A stretch of DNA of 64,000 nt from Octopus vulgaris (GCA_951406725.2 OX597836.1:23250001-23314000); one strand, 5' to 3'. Numbered from the stretch's first letter, positions 28,210-43,170 are shown. A program made the numbers and translations. Notes: generated by a model from the sequence alone, not told the origin.

Positions 28210-28855
28210 TCTTTAATGTTTAATCGATCAACCAGAGTCCATCAAGCAAAAAGCCTCTTCCTGCCGTCGGAATATAGAAATATTCCAAAATAGTGTGTGT
28301 GTGTTTCCTCCATGCACGGCCAACTGCTGGATCAATCTGTATCAAATTTGGCTATCTGGAAATTACGTCGGTTTTGTTTTTTTTGTTTTAAAGGTAAACG
28401 ACTCTGAAACGCTTTTTAATTGTGATAATGAAACAGGAGGTTTAAAGAAAAAGAAACAGTAAGGTTTCTAAAGAACGAAAGGTCTTCATACGGACACACG
28501 CTTATACCCTGTAGGGTATCTTTTAATTTATACAATAAGCTTTATAAATTTTTAAGTTCAATATTCCCGAGACGTAGGTTAGAGCTATTGACACGAGTTA
28601 TTCAAATGATTGTTCGTGGAGTGAACCTAATAAAATAGCTAGGGTGCACTCGATATTTCATATTTAAATTCGATATGACTATTTCTACTCGGATATTGGT
28701 CCTACCTCTGATTCGAAATCGAATTTACATTTTTCCCCTAGTCATACGGCCTATTGTTCTGTGAAGGAGTAACGCAGATTTATATGTTCCCCAGGGTTGG
28801 TATCGAAAAGGTTAATATTCTTTAAACTTCCGAGTAACGCTGGGTACTTAGGCTA

Positions 28856-28856
<1 letters not shown>
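28210..28856 (+). mobile_element. non-autonomous Helitron
   Basis: 3' hairpin ccgagtaacgctggg then CTAG|T at 28853-28857; 5' motif cacggccaactgctggatcaatc shared with ~37061; 5' boundary uncertain. Confidence 0.7.
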
Positions 28857-28857
<1 letters not shown>

Positions 28858-28947
<90 letters not shown>

Positions 28948-28982
28948 TATATGATAAATATATACATATACATATACATATA

Positions 28983-29040
<58 letters not shown>

Positions 29041-29098
29041 GTAGAGTTAATCCAAACATGAAAGCACAAAAAAACAACAACGGGAGGACATGGAACAA

Positions 29099-29132
<34 letters not shown>

Positions 29133-29138
29133 ATATAC

Positions 29139-29186
<48 letters not shown>

Positions 29187-29207
29187 ATATATACATATAC
29201 ATATATA

Positions 29208-29262
<55 letters not shown>

Positions 29263-29275
29263 GCATGTATATATG
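28858..29275. repeat. (TA)n/(TATATG)n array containing a 60-bp tail fragment (29042-29100, minus) of the hammerhead-element family
   Basis: 29042-29100 is the reverse complement of ~50718-50776. Confidence 0.8.
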
Positions 29276-30033
29276 TTTTACAAATTTACCAACTACAGTG
29301 AGGATTGGAGTACCCAAAGACCAATAATAAAAGATAAAATGGAATCCCATGACCAAGTTTTGTTATTAGTATCGTCTCAAAAATCTCAGACTATAGAGTC
29401 TCTCCAACGCCACATGACCGCCACATCAGCAATGTTGATGGTAACATTATGCTTTAAAACTCCCAAAGACGGGTTCTTGTGCTAAACGTGTTCGGCAAAA
29501 TTTGTCCTGTCATTACATAACCACATTCTGTCGCAATTTCATTTTGATCTGATCTGGTCTGGTTATGTTCAACACTGCCAACAAATCAAAGAAGAAGAGG
29601 ACTCGTGTCTTTCAAACAGTACCTGACCAAATAATTCCAAGAAATACCAGACAAGCCACCGACCCCATCCCGTGTATGCTTTACCCAACAACAATAAGCA
29701 ATGTTAACACTTGAATTTTAATTGTGGATGCTATGAAATAACTGAGCAAGAAATATATTTTCCCTCCTCTCTTACTAAAATAAAACTGAAGGATCAGTTA
29801 AAATGTAGCTTATGACTAACGGAATCCCAGACATGACGTTATTCATTGCGAGTTACTAAAGAGTGACGAACGTTCACCTCATACATTGTCTCATGAAGTC
29901 AATGGCCAGGGGAACGCTATTATCCAAATGCACATACACAGACACACACGTATGAATATATGTGTGTATATATATATGTACGTACATACATGCATACATG
30001 CATACATACATACGTACATACATACATACATAC

Positions 30034-30536
30034 AATTTTTTTTGCAAGTCATTTGGTATATCATCAGATAATTAAATTACACATACATACATACATAGAT
30101 ACATACATATGCATGTAAACACACACACACACACACACACTTAAGCGAGCAGGCCAACAGAGGAAAGAGTGAGAGAAAGTTGTAGCGAAAGAGTACAACA
30201 GGGATCGCCATCACCCCCTGCCGGAGCCCCTGCATACACACACAGATACACACACACAGACACATACATAACACACACGGTCGTGGGATCGCGGTTTCGA
30301 TTCCCAGACCGGGCGTTGTGAGTGTTTTATTGAGCGAAAACACCTAAAGCTCCACGGGGCTCCGGCAGGGGGTGATGGCGATCCCTGTTGTACTCTTTCG
30401 CCACAACTTTCTCTCACTCTTTCCTCTGTTGGCCTGCTCGCTTAAGTGTGTGTGTTTACAGGCATATGTATGTATGTATGTATGTATGTGTAATTTAATT
30501 ATCTGATGATGTACCAAATGACTTGCACAAAAAATT
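30034..30536. repeat. long near-perfect inverted repeat (arms 30034-30230 and 30356-30536) built partly from SINE D
   Basis: arms are reverse complements apart from a few substitutions and microsatellite length. Confidence 0.92.
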
Positions 30537-30998
30537 TTCGGCGAAGTTAATTTTACCTCTTAGCCGGAGAAAGGAAACAAAACCGTGATGACTGTTCATA
30601 TTGGAAGTCAAAGAAAAAGGATAAAATTTCAAAAAAGAAAGAAAAAAAATTAACAATTAATTTCCCAGAAAATTTGATATCCAAGATTAAGGGGGAAATC
30701 TGTTTGTTAGCAGCCGAAGTCAAAGTTACAGAAGTATTTCCCCTCATAAAATCATTCGCTTAACGGAATTAATTTCCCCACAAAACTTGGCAAAGGACTT
30801 TTATATTTATTCCCAGATTCTTGTCATTATCTCCCCTTTCTGTTTGGCGGTCGCTCACAATTGTTTTCATTCGGCAACTAAGAGGTATATTCAGAACATT
30901 TTTACATTTTTCATCTAGAATATCACCACACGTCTGAATCATCTAAGTTCATGTCATTGACCTACTTGAGCTATATATATATATATGTATATACTGAG

Positions 30999-31030
<32 letters not shown>

Positions 31031-31080
31031 CATACATACATACATACATACATACATACACACATACATACATACATACA

Positions 31081-31113
<33 letters not shown>

Positions 31114-33433
31114 TTTGTGTGTGTTTGTGCGTGTGTTTGTACTTACATCATAGGTAATATTTCAAAGCTTCTCCATGTTGACACTTTTCATGGGATGTCA
31201 GGTTGTTTTTTTTTTAAAGATATTTATAAGGGTTCTTTTTATGTCGTACGAAAGATCACTTCTTTGAGATATGTACTTTAGCAATTCATCAAAACCGGAA
31301 GCCAAAGGTTAGGTCAGCAGAAGGTTTTAATAGATTTACGTGGGAAACAACAGCACATGACATCATAGCGTTGTAGATTTTTGAAACGCTTAGCCAGAAC
31401 CATTAACTTATATATAGCTGTCAAATCAGTTACAATGTCGCTTCATTTTAATGTTTTCGACAGAGAATAGTCGTAAGAGCATGTAAAATACTGACATTTT
31501 ATGTTTATGTTAGAATGGCGTTTCAGTTTTGACAATCTATTAAAAATATTCAACCGTATAAAGGCGATGGAATAATGAAGTAGCGAGATGTTTCCATTTA
31601 CTTTGCAGAGTTCAGATTACACTTAGTCAGCTTGTCTTTCGTTTTTGCAGAATCGACTAAGTAAATAGCATATTGGAGATTCTTCGATTTAGGATTTGTA
31701 GCTTTGTGTCAATTCAAGAAATCCATATTTATTTATAGATCCTTTAAAACATTGATTTCCTTTAAGACCACTCGATAATCACTTTTTCTACCCAACCCTC
31801 GTGTACATACACACTCCATGAGGGCAACATAGGAATCGCTCCTGTTCTTTAACATTATCGTAATCGTCACTCTGAAAAATTATTTTGTTGGTAACTGAAG
31901 AAAAATAATATTACATATTCGTTGCGAATTTTATTATTCTTTGAACTTAAATGTAAGAAATGATTGTTTTATAATCTTATGAGGATCAGGGGTAACAGAA
32001 ACGGTAAACTTTCAAGAGGAACATACCTTATGATTCTTTCTTATGTTTCTTTCTGTTTCTGATTTCAAATATCGCCACCATCAAATTTGCCTTTCACCCT
32101 TCCAGGACCGATGAAATAAATACAAATGATTGTAAGGTAGTAAAAATGTGAATATTTAACTTCACTCTTCTGTTTTTCAGACCAAGACTCTGTCGTAGTA
32201 GCCTTTGTCTTGCGCCTCTTCGGAGGAAGGGGTCAAGAAAATAATTACTAGTAATATTCTGGTGTCGATTAACTCAACTTCACATAATCCCTTCAAATTT
32301 GTTCTCTTGTTTGTTATAATTTAAGAAACAACAGCAAAACTCCCTCAAACCATAACCAACCATTTCAAAACAGTAACACTTTGAACAATGGGATCCTAAA
32401 TACATTCTATACGAAAAAGAAAAGCAAAAAAAACAAAAAAAAAACGGAAGGTCACGGAATGCTGTTTAACCTTAAGTTTGCTTGGTCATGAATGACCAAG
32501 GTCTAAAGAGAAACAACAGCTGTATTAACCTTTTTAAGAATTTCACTCATCAGTTCCAAGTTTGTTCTTTTTGCCTAAGCTTTCCCCCTTAAACGTGCTT
32601 TGTGCCTACTTTCCCCATACATCCGTTTTTACTTTCTTTTATCTTCTCTTTTGCTCTTCTTATGTGGTTACATCCATCTTCTATAATTTTTATTTTTTAA
32701 TATCTTTGGTTTCAGGATTACAACAGGACGGATCTGTAAGGTAATAAACAGTAAATTGAACAGTGCTGGGTCTGTATTTTGTAGTGGGGACAGTTTGAAA
32801 CACTTGTTAACTAGACATCGTTGTTTGCTGATAAAATAGCATTGAATATATTTTGGATGGTATACTTATGCGGCTGGGTAGACTGAGTTGGCGAGAATTA
32901 TGTATGAACGCTGTTGATGGAATGTAAAACGTAGGAACTTCAGTAAAGCGTCCAACATCCTATTTTGTTGCTGAGAGTTATATCAAGTGTAACATTGAAC
33001 TCAAACTAAATCTTCCTTTTATATTCTATATTTAAATCTTTCATTAAATCGTCATAATATTTTTCATTGTGCTTTTCGCATTACTTGTCTCTATGATTTA
33101 AGAGCATATTAAAGCCTCTATAAGTTAAGTGAATTATTTCGTCGGCACAATTTAGAAGCCAAATATTGTGTGACGCTCAATCGCTCCTTGAGTTTTACTC
33201 GATAAAACTTATAAAAATATCATTTGCAATGGTAAAGTTATAACCAGTAAACAAATACCTTTTTAGTTCTCAGGTGTTGATCCCATTTCTCGTTCATCTG
33301 CCAGTCGAAGACATACGAAGAAATAAACATACCCCCCCCATCCACACGACTGAACACGAGATTAATCAGAAACTCTGAATCTCAGTGTCTCCCAGAAATT
33401 TCATGATTATCTTTTATGATACACCAGTTATTC

Positions 33434-33490
<57 letters not shown>

Positions 33491-34768
33491 GTCAGTACAT
33501 CTGTCTGTCTGTATCTATCTACACTCACACGCACGTACGTGCGTGCCCTCTCCCCACCTAACGGTATTAATAACAAACATATATCCAAAACGTCTCTCTT
33601 CTCTTGGCTGTTCTGGGAGCCGGTGTAACGCATGTAACATCATGGCGTCATAGTTAATGGCCAAGAAAGGTAAATCTCCCGTCAATTGTTTTTATAAACA
33701 AAATATGTTTTATTTCATATCAAACTGAATTATGAAATATTATTTCTCAGATAAAAGCTTCAAAATTGCAGTATATCTTTTCCGCGTGTTTAATAAAAAT
33801 TAAACGATGCATAATTAAATGGATGTCTATCAGAAGTAAAATTTCCAGGTAGTTCCAATTTTATCACTATCCTCTCCCCCACCTCGTCCTATTTTAACCC
33901 ACCTCCCGCGGTGAGTGGTTAAAATATAATCTCTTTGATATAAATGAGATGTGAAATGCATTTGGAGGGAAGTACAATTTTTATGAGGGAAAAGTACGTC
34001 GGCAGATCTCTTATCAGTGGAGGTAGATGGAAAAGGGCAATTGCCACCTGCTGTAAATTCTGGTTTGCAGCAGCCAGAAAATTTATTTAATCCAGGAGGC
34101 ACCAAAAGGAAAAACGAAGAAGAATAAAAAGAAATTTAAATTTTCTGCCATGAGGACGAACAAAAAAAAAAATTCTTGCCATTTAATTCCAATTTAAACC
34201 GTTGCTCATTTTATTTATTTCCCTTTAACAACTACGAGGTGTTATTAGAAAGTAGTTGGATGGTACGTGTTGGGACTGTACTGTTCACTGGAAAACGTGC
34301 GCTGCTGTCGATCATTGGGAGACAACCAGCTGAGGTTTTAGAACGATTCTGCGAGATTTACGATTGTTGACAAATTTGATTTATATTCCTGCCTTAAATT
34401 TTTATAGGTAACTCGGAAAATTTATTACCGAGATTCTCGAAACTTCTCGAGAGACTTTGAAAAGCGTTGTTTATATTGAGGCTTCGCTATTGTTTCAAGG
34501 TTGGTCGAGTGTCGTCGGTACAAGTTCATGAGTGTTCAGAAGGATCAATCACTTGCAAAATATTAGAAAATGTGGAAAAACAAAATCTTGAACTTATCCA
34601 TGGCAATCATCGCCTGGAAACATTAAGTTGTTTGCTGGGGATTCTGACAGAAAATACGGACGTGAACCGCAGTGAAATTTGCCCATCGGCTATTGCTGTC
34701 TTGATTCAGCATCTGTTAGCATTCACAAGAATCTCAATTCACAGCTTTAACTATGATATAAATAACAC

Positions 34769-35083
34769 TAATGTTTCTCAACCGGGGGTCAATATAAAAT
34801 TTTTGGAGATCCACGTAACAAAAACGTAAATTAGGGATCCACAATAGTATTTTAAGGGCCCCTGAAAAATTTTTGCCTTGGGTGTATGTATTGGTTATGT
34901 ATTGCAAGAAACAGCTGGGTTTCTTTCTCTAACATTTCACATAGTTCAAACTACACAAATTAATGCTTGAAAAAGCAAAATGGGAATCTTGAAAGGAGGG
35001 TCTATAAAATTCGTTTAAAAACATCATTACGAGGGTCCACCGGAATAGAATAGTCCACAGATGAAAGCCGGTTGAGAACCCTG
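34769..35083. mobile_element. hAT (Charlie-type) MITE
   Basis: ends tgtttctcaaccgg...ccggttgagaaccctg resemble CAGTGTTTCTCAACC TIRs; TSD not clear. Confidence 0.7.
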
Positions 35084-36779
35084 AATTACACAAACATTGC
35101 AACAGCTATGTACAGACTAGATTTTTCATAAAATGTTATTCTTCTTGGAATTCAATAAGCCATTAACATGGCTCAGAGCGGTACAGAAGTGGCCAAAATA
35201 TTGTGCGAAAAGGGTGTAAAGCAAATTGTCAAAATCGAGCCCTTAGTTTTATAATAGTAATTTTTAAAAAAAAGAAAGAGAAACGAAAGAAACAATGTGT
35301 TGATGTAGAATTACGAAGCCACTTCATTGTCCTCGTTTTATTTTACATTCCTACTGGGGTGGTTAAAATACTCTAAAGAATCTCAATGAGACAGCGCTCC
35401 TGTTAAAAATTATTGTTAATGTTTTTTTTTTTATAAAGAAATATCTTTGGCGCATACATAAATTTCCTCAGCTAATATTCTACAGATTTAGAAACATATC
35501 ACAAATTCTTTCCTTAAAATGTTTTCTTAATCTTTTGTTTAACTTGAGACGGTTGGATGTGTTTTTGTCAAAACTTGTGTCAGTCGAATTAGTTTTATTA
35601 CAAGCTTTTAAATTACTGCAAGCCAGTTACAAGCGTATTACTTTATTTCTTGCTAACTGACCTACTTCCTTTATTAGCGTAGTTTTAAGATTTTAGTTTT
35701 AAACTAATTCACTATCTCACTATTTAGCTGTGATATTCGCTGTCTTAGGTATAATTCTGTTTTCTTCTCCTGTCCCTCTCTCTCATCTGCTCTCTCTTTC
35801 TCTCTCCCTTCTCTTCTTCCCATTTCCGCCCTCTTTCTCCGACTGTCTGTAGGTCTCTCTCTCTCTCTCGTCCGATGAAGGCTAAGGAGGCCGAAACTTC
35901 GAAAACTGTCAACATTATTCTTAATAGAGGATAACAAATGCACTCTACAAAAAGTACTGAGTAATCCGCCAGTTTCTATAATTAACGACTAAGTAAACTA
36001 CTTCAAAGTATTAAGCATACTTATTAGCTCACTTATTACACCTACTAGGCATATTACATCTACTAGGCATGAATTTTAAGCGTTTTTGTTTCGTAATCCA
36101 AACTTGCTACGAAACGGGTCAGCAGCTTCCAGCTCCTTTCGAACGAAGGACAGCGAAGGATCGAGTAACCTTCAGGAAGCTACCTCTGTATCACTACGCT
36201 ACTCTTCTGTATTGTATTGTATTGGCATCCTTTCTGTCTCGGGAGACAATGGAGTTGCGCATGTTTTTTTTGTTTTTTTTTTTGTAGTCTAGTCCGGCTT
36301 TTATATTTCATGTCCTGATACATTTCCTGCTGTGGCTGTATAATCCTATCCTGGACAAACACTCCCTCTGGCAGGTACCGCAAATGTTGCGAAGACTGTT
36401 CCTGGCTGGTTGTAGCTACTCTTCTAAGGCAACGATTACCGTGTGTCTGTTCATTTGCTGAGTCAATCTCTTTTCTGACATTATTTATCTGAAAAGTTAA
36501 ACAAAAAACAAACAAACAAAAAATGTTAGAAGAAACTTAGAGCTCTTGAAAGAGATGTTCTCAAAAAACTGGCTCATCCTGTACATTTATACAAACACAT
36601 TTTTAATCGACCCAAAAGTGATTCAAAGAGTGAGACCATCCGTCAGTCATCAGCTTTCTGTTACTTCAGTCATCATTTGGTATATCAACAAAATAATATT
36701 TCAAATGCCCTTTTAACATTAAAATATATCGCTTTTGACAGATTATCTTAGCCTTGCATATTGGGAACATAGTCAGCTG

Positions 36780-37954
36780 TTATTACCTTACTACAACGGA
36801 CGTTTTGTCCATCTGTCTTTTCCCTCTTCACGGTCACGATGTTTTTCGGGATTACGAAGGAGACAATCAGAAAGGTTTTTAGTGAAATAAATGTGAAAAT
36901 GTATGATTATTTAGTGGATATTGAAGGGTAACTGTTCAATTTACGGCGTAAAAATGGTAAATAAAAATTAAGGGCGAGATAACTAATAAAAGAAGCAAAG
37001 GGAAGTAAATCAACTTCTTACTATAATTTCCGTCTGTCCATCTGTCTGTCTGTTTCCTTTTCACGGTCAAACGGCTGGACCAATGGTCACGATGTTTTTC
37101 GGATTACTAAGGAGGTATTCAGGAAAAAAATGTGAAAAAGTATGATTATTAAGTGGATATTGCGTTTTGTATTAATAAATCCCCTTTGATTTTTTTTGTT
37201 AAAATTCCGGCGATGAGGAGTAACTCTGGATTTCCCCACCGTATAGTTTGTGAATTTAGAGGGTTTAGATTTGCAATACTACCACTTTGTTTCCCGTCGT
37301 AGATGGGCAGATTCCTAGAGATTCCGCTCACGCATTCACTGCAAACAAGGCACAGGGCTAGACTTTAGATCGCTTAGGTGTATTTTTACCCACTCCGATG
37401 TTTGCACATGGCCAGTTATACGTCGCTATGTGGAGAGCAACGGACTCCAGTAATTTGAAAATTAGCGTCGACCGAACAGAAAATATCGCCTACAAAGAAG
37501 TTTTCTAATCAGATTGATATTATCGAAAGGAATATGATTTATAATTTGAATAAGGAAATTTGTGAACTTCGAATGTATAAGAGTATAAAACAAGTGTAAA
37601 ATAGTTTAAACAACTAAAATAAAAGTATGTCTAAACAACATTTAAAAAAAATTCTTTTTATGTAATGGTCGAAGGAAAGTCTGACTTTCGTTTGGAGTGA
37701 TCCACATGACCATTCAGGATACAGATGCTGGGAGCCTATTTCAGTCCGGGAGTGAATCATCATCACATGTCACTTAGTCGCAAACACATGTCATATAGCT
37801 GCAACAGAATGCTGTATCACCAGCAATGATGTGATTTCTCCAAAACATCACCCAGTAATCTATCAAGTCCGTTTACACATTTCTCAATATATACTACTGT
37901 TATGACTTCTCTCCCTCATTTTATGCCTCCATCGTAGATGGGTAGATTTGCTAG
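36780..37954 (+). mobile_element. Helitron deletion derivative with duplicated 5' segment
   Basis: 36807-36928 resembles 37034-37164; helicase remnant inside; 3' gggtagatttgCTAG|T at 37951-37955. Confidence 0.65.
37332..37508 (+). pseudogene. Helitron PIF1-like helicase C-terminus
   Basis: AFTANKAQG*TLDRLGVFLPTPMFAHGQLYVAMWRATDSSNLKISVDRTENIAYKEVF*: SF1 motifs V/VI with one in-frame TAG. Confidence 0.88.
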
Positions 37955-37988
37955 TGGTAATAACAACCTTACATTATTATTATTATAC

Positions 37989-38197
37989 AAAGGCAGCGAG
38001 CGAGCAGAATCGTTGGCACGCCGGACAAAAATGCCGAGCGGTATTTCGTCCGTCTTTACGCTTTGATTTCAAATTCCGCCGCAGTCGACTCTCATCCTCT
38101 CGGACATAATAAAATAAGTACCAGTTGAGCACTGGGGTCGAATTAATCGATTTAACACCTCCCCGCAAATTGTTGGCCTTGTGACAAACTTTGAAAC

Positions 38198-38200
<3 letters not shown>
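37989..38200 (+). mobile_element. SINE family A (alternative tail) followed by (ATC)n
   Basis: family homology. Confidence 0.8.
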
Positions 38201-38257
<57 letters not shown>

Positions 38258-38259
38258 TA

Positions 38260-38816
38260 TTGAGTGAGAGAGCAGTGCATGACATCAAAGTGTCACTGGG
38301 GTAAAATATACGAAGCCCAGTATACCCATCATGACTACCCGTCTGATAAGGGCACACCAGGCACATGCATCGCTACCATGTGTGTGCGCGACATGGTGAT
38401 CTCATATCAAGGTAAACAGCACATGACCTTGCAGGTGGGGCCCAGTTAGAATTTTCTTCAGGTCGAGTAGCCCATCCCGCTCAAAAGGTCCCTGAATAAG
38501 GGTTGTTTAAGGATGTTGAATGAAACACCCATGTTTCCAAAGGTGAATTATTCAAACCCCCAAGAATTCCTCTCATCACATGGCTATGATGCTCCCCCAT
38601 TAATTCTGCTCGTGATCAGAGATGCACATTTCGTCAGCCACGAAGGGACATGCTCAACTGGTTAAAGTCAAACAACTGACAAGCAAATCTGTGGTATTGA
38701 GCAGAATATTTGCTGTAGCCCATCTTTTATACCAAGACAAAACAATGTACATGATAACACTTCCAATCAGTTAAGATCAGAAGCCATGAAAGCCACTGCC
38801 TAGTACTGCATCAGGG

Positions 38817-38820
<4 letters not shown>
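38260..38820. mobile_element. ~560-bp element embedded between (ATC)n and (ATT)n arrays; probable non-autonomous retroposon
   Basis: sharp complexity boundaries at trinucleotide repeats; no long ORF; single copy in the window so class is unproven. Confidence 0.4.
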
Positions 38821-38867
<47 letters not shown>

Positions 38868-38888
38868 GATTATTATTATTATTATTAT

Positions 38889-39096
38889 AAGGCGGTGAGC
38901 TGGCAGAATCGTTAGCACCCCAGTCGAAATACTTAGCGGCATTTCGTCCGTCTTTACGTTCTGAGTTCAAATTCTGCCGAGGTCGACTTTGCCTTTCATC
39001 CGGTCGGGGTCGATGAAATAAGTGCCAGTCAAGTGGTGGGGTAATCGACTAGTCCCCTTTCCCCAGATTTCAGGCCTTGTGCCTATAGTAGAAAGG

Positions 39097-39097
<1 letters not shown>
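38889..39097 (+). mobile_element. SINE family A (alternative tail) followed by (ACT)n
   Basis: full head and body. Confidence 0.9.
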
Positions 39098-39158
<61 letters not shown>

Positions 39159-39369
39159 GTATATATGTATACATGTAAGTGAAACATAAAAATTAGGACA
39201 TATCTAAATTAGGACATATCGTACAAAAATGAATGAGAAAGTTCTGTTCCTCTGCGTATCTCTCTCTCTCTCATACACACGTAACTATGTATGCGTGCGC
39301 ATGTATTTGTGTATATATCATATATGCACTCGCGCCTACATGCGCGTTTGAATGCGCATATATATATAT

Positions 39370-39493
<124 letters not shown>

Positions 39494-42400
39494 GTATATA
39501 TACATACACATTTTGTGTGTGTTGCGGGGAAAGGTGTGGAGAAAATAGCCTCAACGGCAGGAAATACTGTACATTCTAATGGCAACACGGCAAAAATGCA
39601 ACATAGTCGAAATTTCTGTTTCTTTTAGTCTTTATCTAATAAAGTATTTACTAGTGTATCTCCGTTGTGGAAGGTGAACTGGTTCAGTTTGTTTGATAGC
39701 CTAGAGTAGTTTTATATTGAAGCAGTTTATTTTTGCAGGATTATTAAATAATTCATAAATTCAATTAATTCTTAAAAATTTGAAACGCTTCAGGAATGGC
39801 GGTCTGGCCAGAAGAAATATATGGTTGCAAAGCATAATAATGGTAAATTTGTTTTGGTAGGAAATGAAGGATCTCTTTTTTTTAATATATATATATAAAC
39901 GGCAAAGATTTTAGGATCATGCCTTCTTTTTGGTAGAAAAATTACGTAATGCTGTTTCATAGTTTGAATTTGATTTGACTCATTTCCAAAATATGTTTTT
40001 AGTCTTGCTCTAAACTATTGACTGTGCTTAATATTTGAAAGGGTTTGACTAGTCCTGAAGGAGTTTCAAAGTCCATATTTGTTTCATAGTTATTGTAAAT
40101 TTAAATGCCTGTATGTGCCTCTCCCCACACAAAAGGAGAGCGGGGGCAGGTAAATACAAGTATCTGATATATCTGTATTTTTCTCTCTCCCTCTCTCTCT
40201 TTGTCTCTGCATATGTACGACGCACTTGTGTACTTGTATGTACTTGTAGACTGATCGCCTCCGATAACCTGAAAAATAGTTTAGCCTTCATGGCTGCTTC
40301 ACACACGCACACAAAAAAATATCGTTATAAAGTTATGCGACATTGGATCTAATATATTTTACGTCACTGTGTTCTAACCCAAAGGATATTATAACAGTTA
40401 TATGATACGTTTAGAGATAAAGACAGATATTTATGAATAAATGAAAATCATTTGTAGACAAATGCAATAGAAAACGAAATTCAAACAAAGACACTGAAAA
40501 ATGCAAAAAGGTGGAAGACAAATATTGTCAGACAGAAAAGAAAAAAGTGGAAAATAAAATAAAAAAGAGAAAGTTAGGAAGAATGAAAAATATGAAAAGC
40601 AAGTATAAAGTGTCTCCATTAAAATTTGACAGATAATAGAAATTAGAAAGACACGTTTACCTAATTAGGAAAGACAGTCGTCCGTTTCTGTATGATTTGT
40701 CAACTAAACGAGTGGGAAGTTGTGTTGACTCAATGTTGAGTTGTTGAAGCCATTAAACAACATATCGGATATTTCTTTCGTTCTTCTATTGATTTCTTTC
40801 ACTGGAGAGAGGATAACACGAGGGTGGTATGTGGGAAATTATGTGGATCTAAGTAGGTGAAGACAGGCAGTTATGTAATCGACATAAGGAAGATATCTGG
40901 ACGGGATTTAAACGCAAAGGGACGAAACTAAACACTACAAACAATGTTTCCGACGTTCCATCGTTTCTTTGCATCCGCCACCCATTTGCGAAGGTAGTCG
41001 GTGTATACCATACGCACCTCCTTACATTACTTAGGCATCTCTGCTCAAGTGTGGCTGTCTCTTTCTCTCTCTGGAAACTCGACATGCCATAAGATTCGAA
41101 ATATATCGTCCTCCCAGACTAACAAGACCAGCTGCCACAAAATACAAACGGCTTGATAATAAAATGGTTATTACATTTTCAGTCAGACTCTCTCCCACAA
41201 AAGCACACATACATATACATATACGTACGCACAAACACACGCACATAAACACACAAATACGCGCACATACGGGCGAGTTTGATGATGCTTGGTCAGTGGT
41301 TATATTTGATGTGATGATTGGATGAGATGGCAACTGACTTCTTGAAGGGCTCACACAATGTCGAATTTAATTGACATTCAAGGAAATTTATAGTTGCGTG
41401 CTTCAACTCTTGTCCTATGTTATTATTTAGATGTTTGGTGAGTTTAAAAGAGAGAGAGAAAACGAAAGGTGATCTGGATGTAACACCACGGTTTCTATGG
41501 AGCTGAGATCTGAAAACTGGAAGGTTGTTGTAGCTAAACAAAATAGCAAAACACTATGAATTGTCTTATTTTGGGCATGTACAGTGATGACGGTCTTTTG
41601 ATTTCAAATGACGCGTGTCAGCGTTAACCGCGAAACCAATCCTTCAATAAATCAAACATCCTATTCAACGTACAGGGTAAATTTAATACCCATCTAATTA
41701 ATGTTGACGAATATGTACCCAAGCCATCAGTAAGATGACAAGTCCAGTATCATCCAATCAAATCACTGCTGACTATGTCACAGAATGATATAACGAGACT
41801 CTAACAAAGCTCATATCAAGCTTTGTTAGTGTCTCGTTAAGATGAAGTTCCCACCAACAGCAATTATAAACCCCACTAAATATAATAGAACGATGAATTT
41901 TCTATGGCGTTGCGTATCTTTTAACGTTGATGCAATATTTTGCGTTGCAAGACATTTGCTTTCTTTTATTAGTAAATATTTCCGGGCTTTATTGAATAAG
42001 AACAACATAAGCCTTTATATGCCGAACATGACAAAGGCCATTAAACATGACACATAATGAAATCCAATCAAAAGGAACAGCAGCCGATATGCAAATATTA
42101 AACTATGAAGCCATGCCTCTAGAAGCAAATGCTTCGGAACAAAAATAAAAAGTATAAAAACAGATTGATTGCTGGCGAATTGAAGGGTTCTGTCTGACTA
42201 TATTTGGAGATCAATGGATTAAAAAGGAAGCACGAAAATTACACGGGAAATACATGATGAAGCACACGTGACCTTGCACTTATAGAGAAAATCAAACAAA
42301 GATGTTTTACAAAAGGAATTATTTCGATAGAGCGGAGATTAGTTTGCTACATCGATCTCAGTACTTATTTTATCGATTTCGTACAGCCATGAGGGGAGAC

Positions 42401-42729
42401 AGCAGAAGCACGGTAAATACAACATGGTACGTTTTGCTCGACGCACTGATTTAGCTATCTTCCGCCGATATTCATAGATACAGGGCTCGCAGATATCCAT
42501 CCATATTGCTTCTAACAAATCTCATCCACATAGGATCGAACCTAGAAACACATAAATAAAGAGCGAACTTCTTAACCATAAAGTTACACACACACACGCA
42601 CGCACACACACAGACACACACACAGACACACACACAGACACACACACATACACACACTCGCACACACGCACATATATGTATGTGTATGTGTGTGTATATA
42701 TATATACATTTATAAATATATACACACAT

Positions 42730-42785
<56 letters not shown>

Positions 42786-43170
42786 GTATATGCATATATA
42801 TATATGTATATGCATGTTTATATATTAAAAGAATGTAAATATATACATGCATACGTATATAAATGTGTGTGTGGATGCATACAGACACAACCACACACAC
42901 ATTTAGATATATACAATCTGAACGGAATGACACTTGGAGGATAAATGAAGGTGCGTACATTAAAATATATCCTTTCACGTACATTATTCTACATCCTTTA
43001 AATAGACATGGAGCCATGTCAAGGTAAAGGATGTATAGAATATGTATGTTTATTTTAATATATGCACCTTGATTTGTTTTACACCTGGTATTCTGTTGAA
43101 GCAATTATGTATGTATCTGTGAATATACATATGTATGTATATATGTATGTATGTATGTATATATACATAC

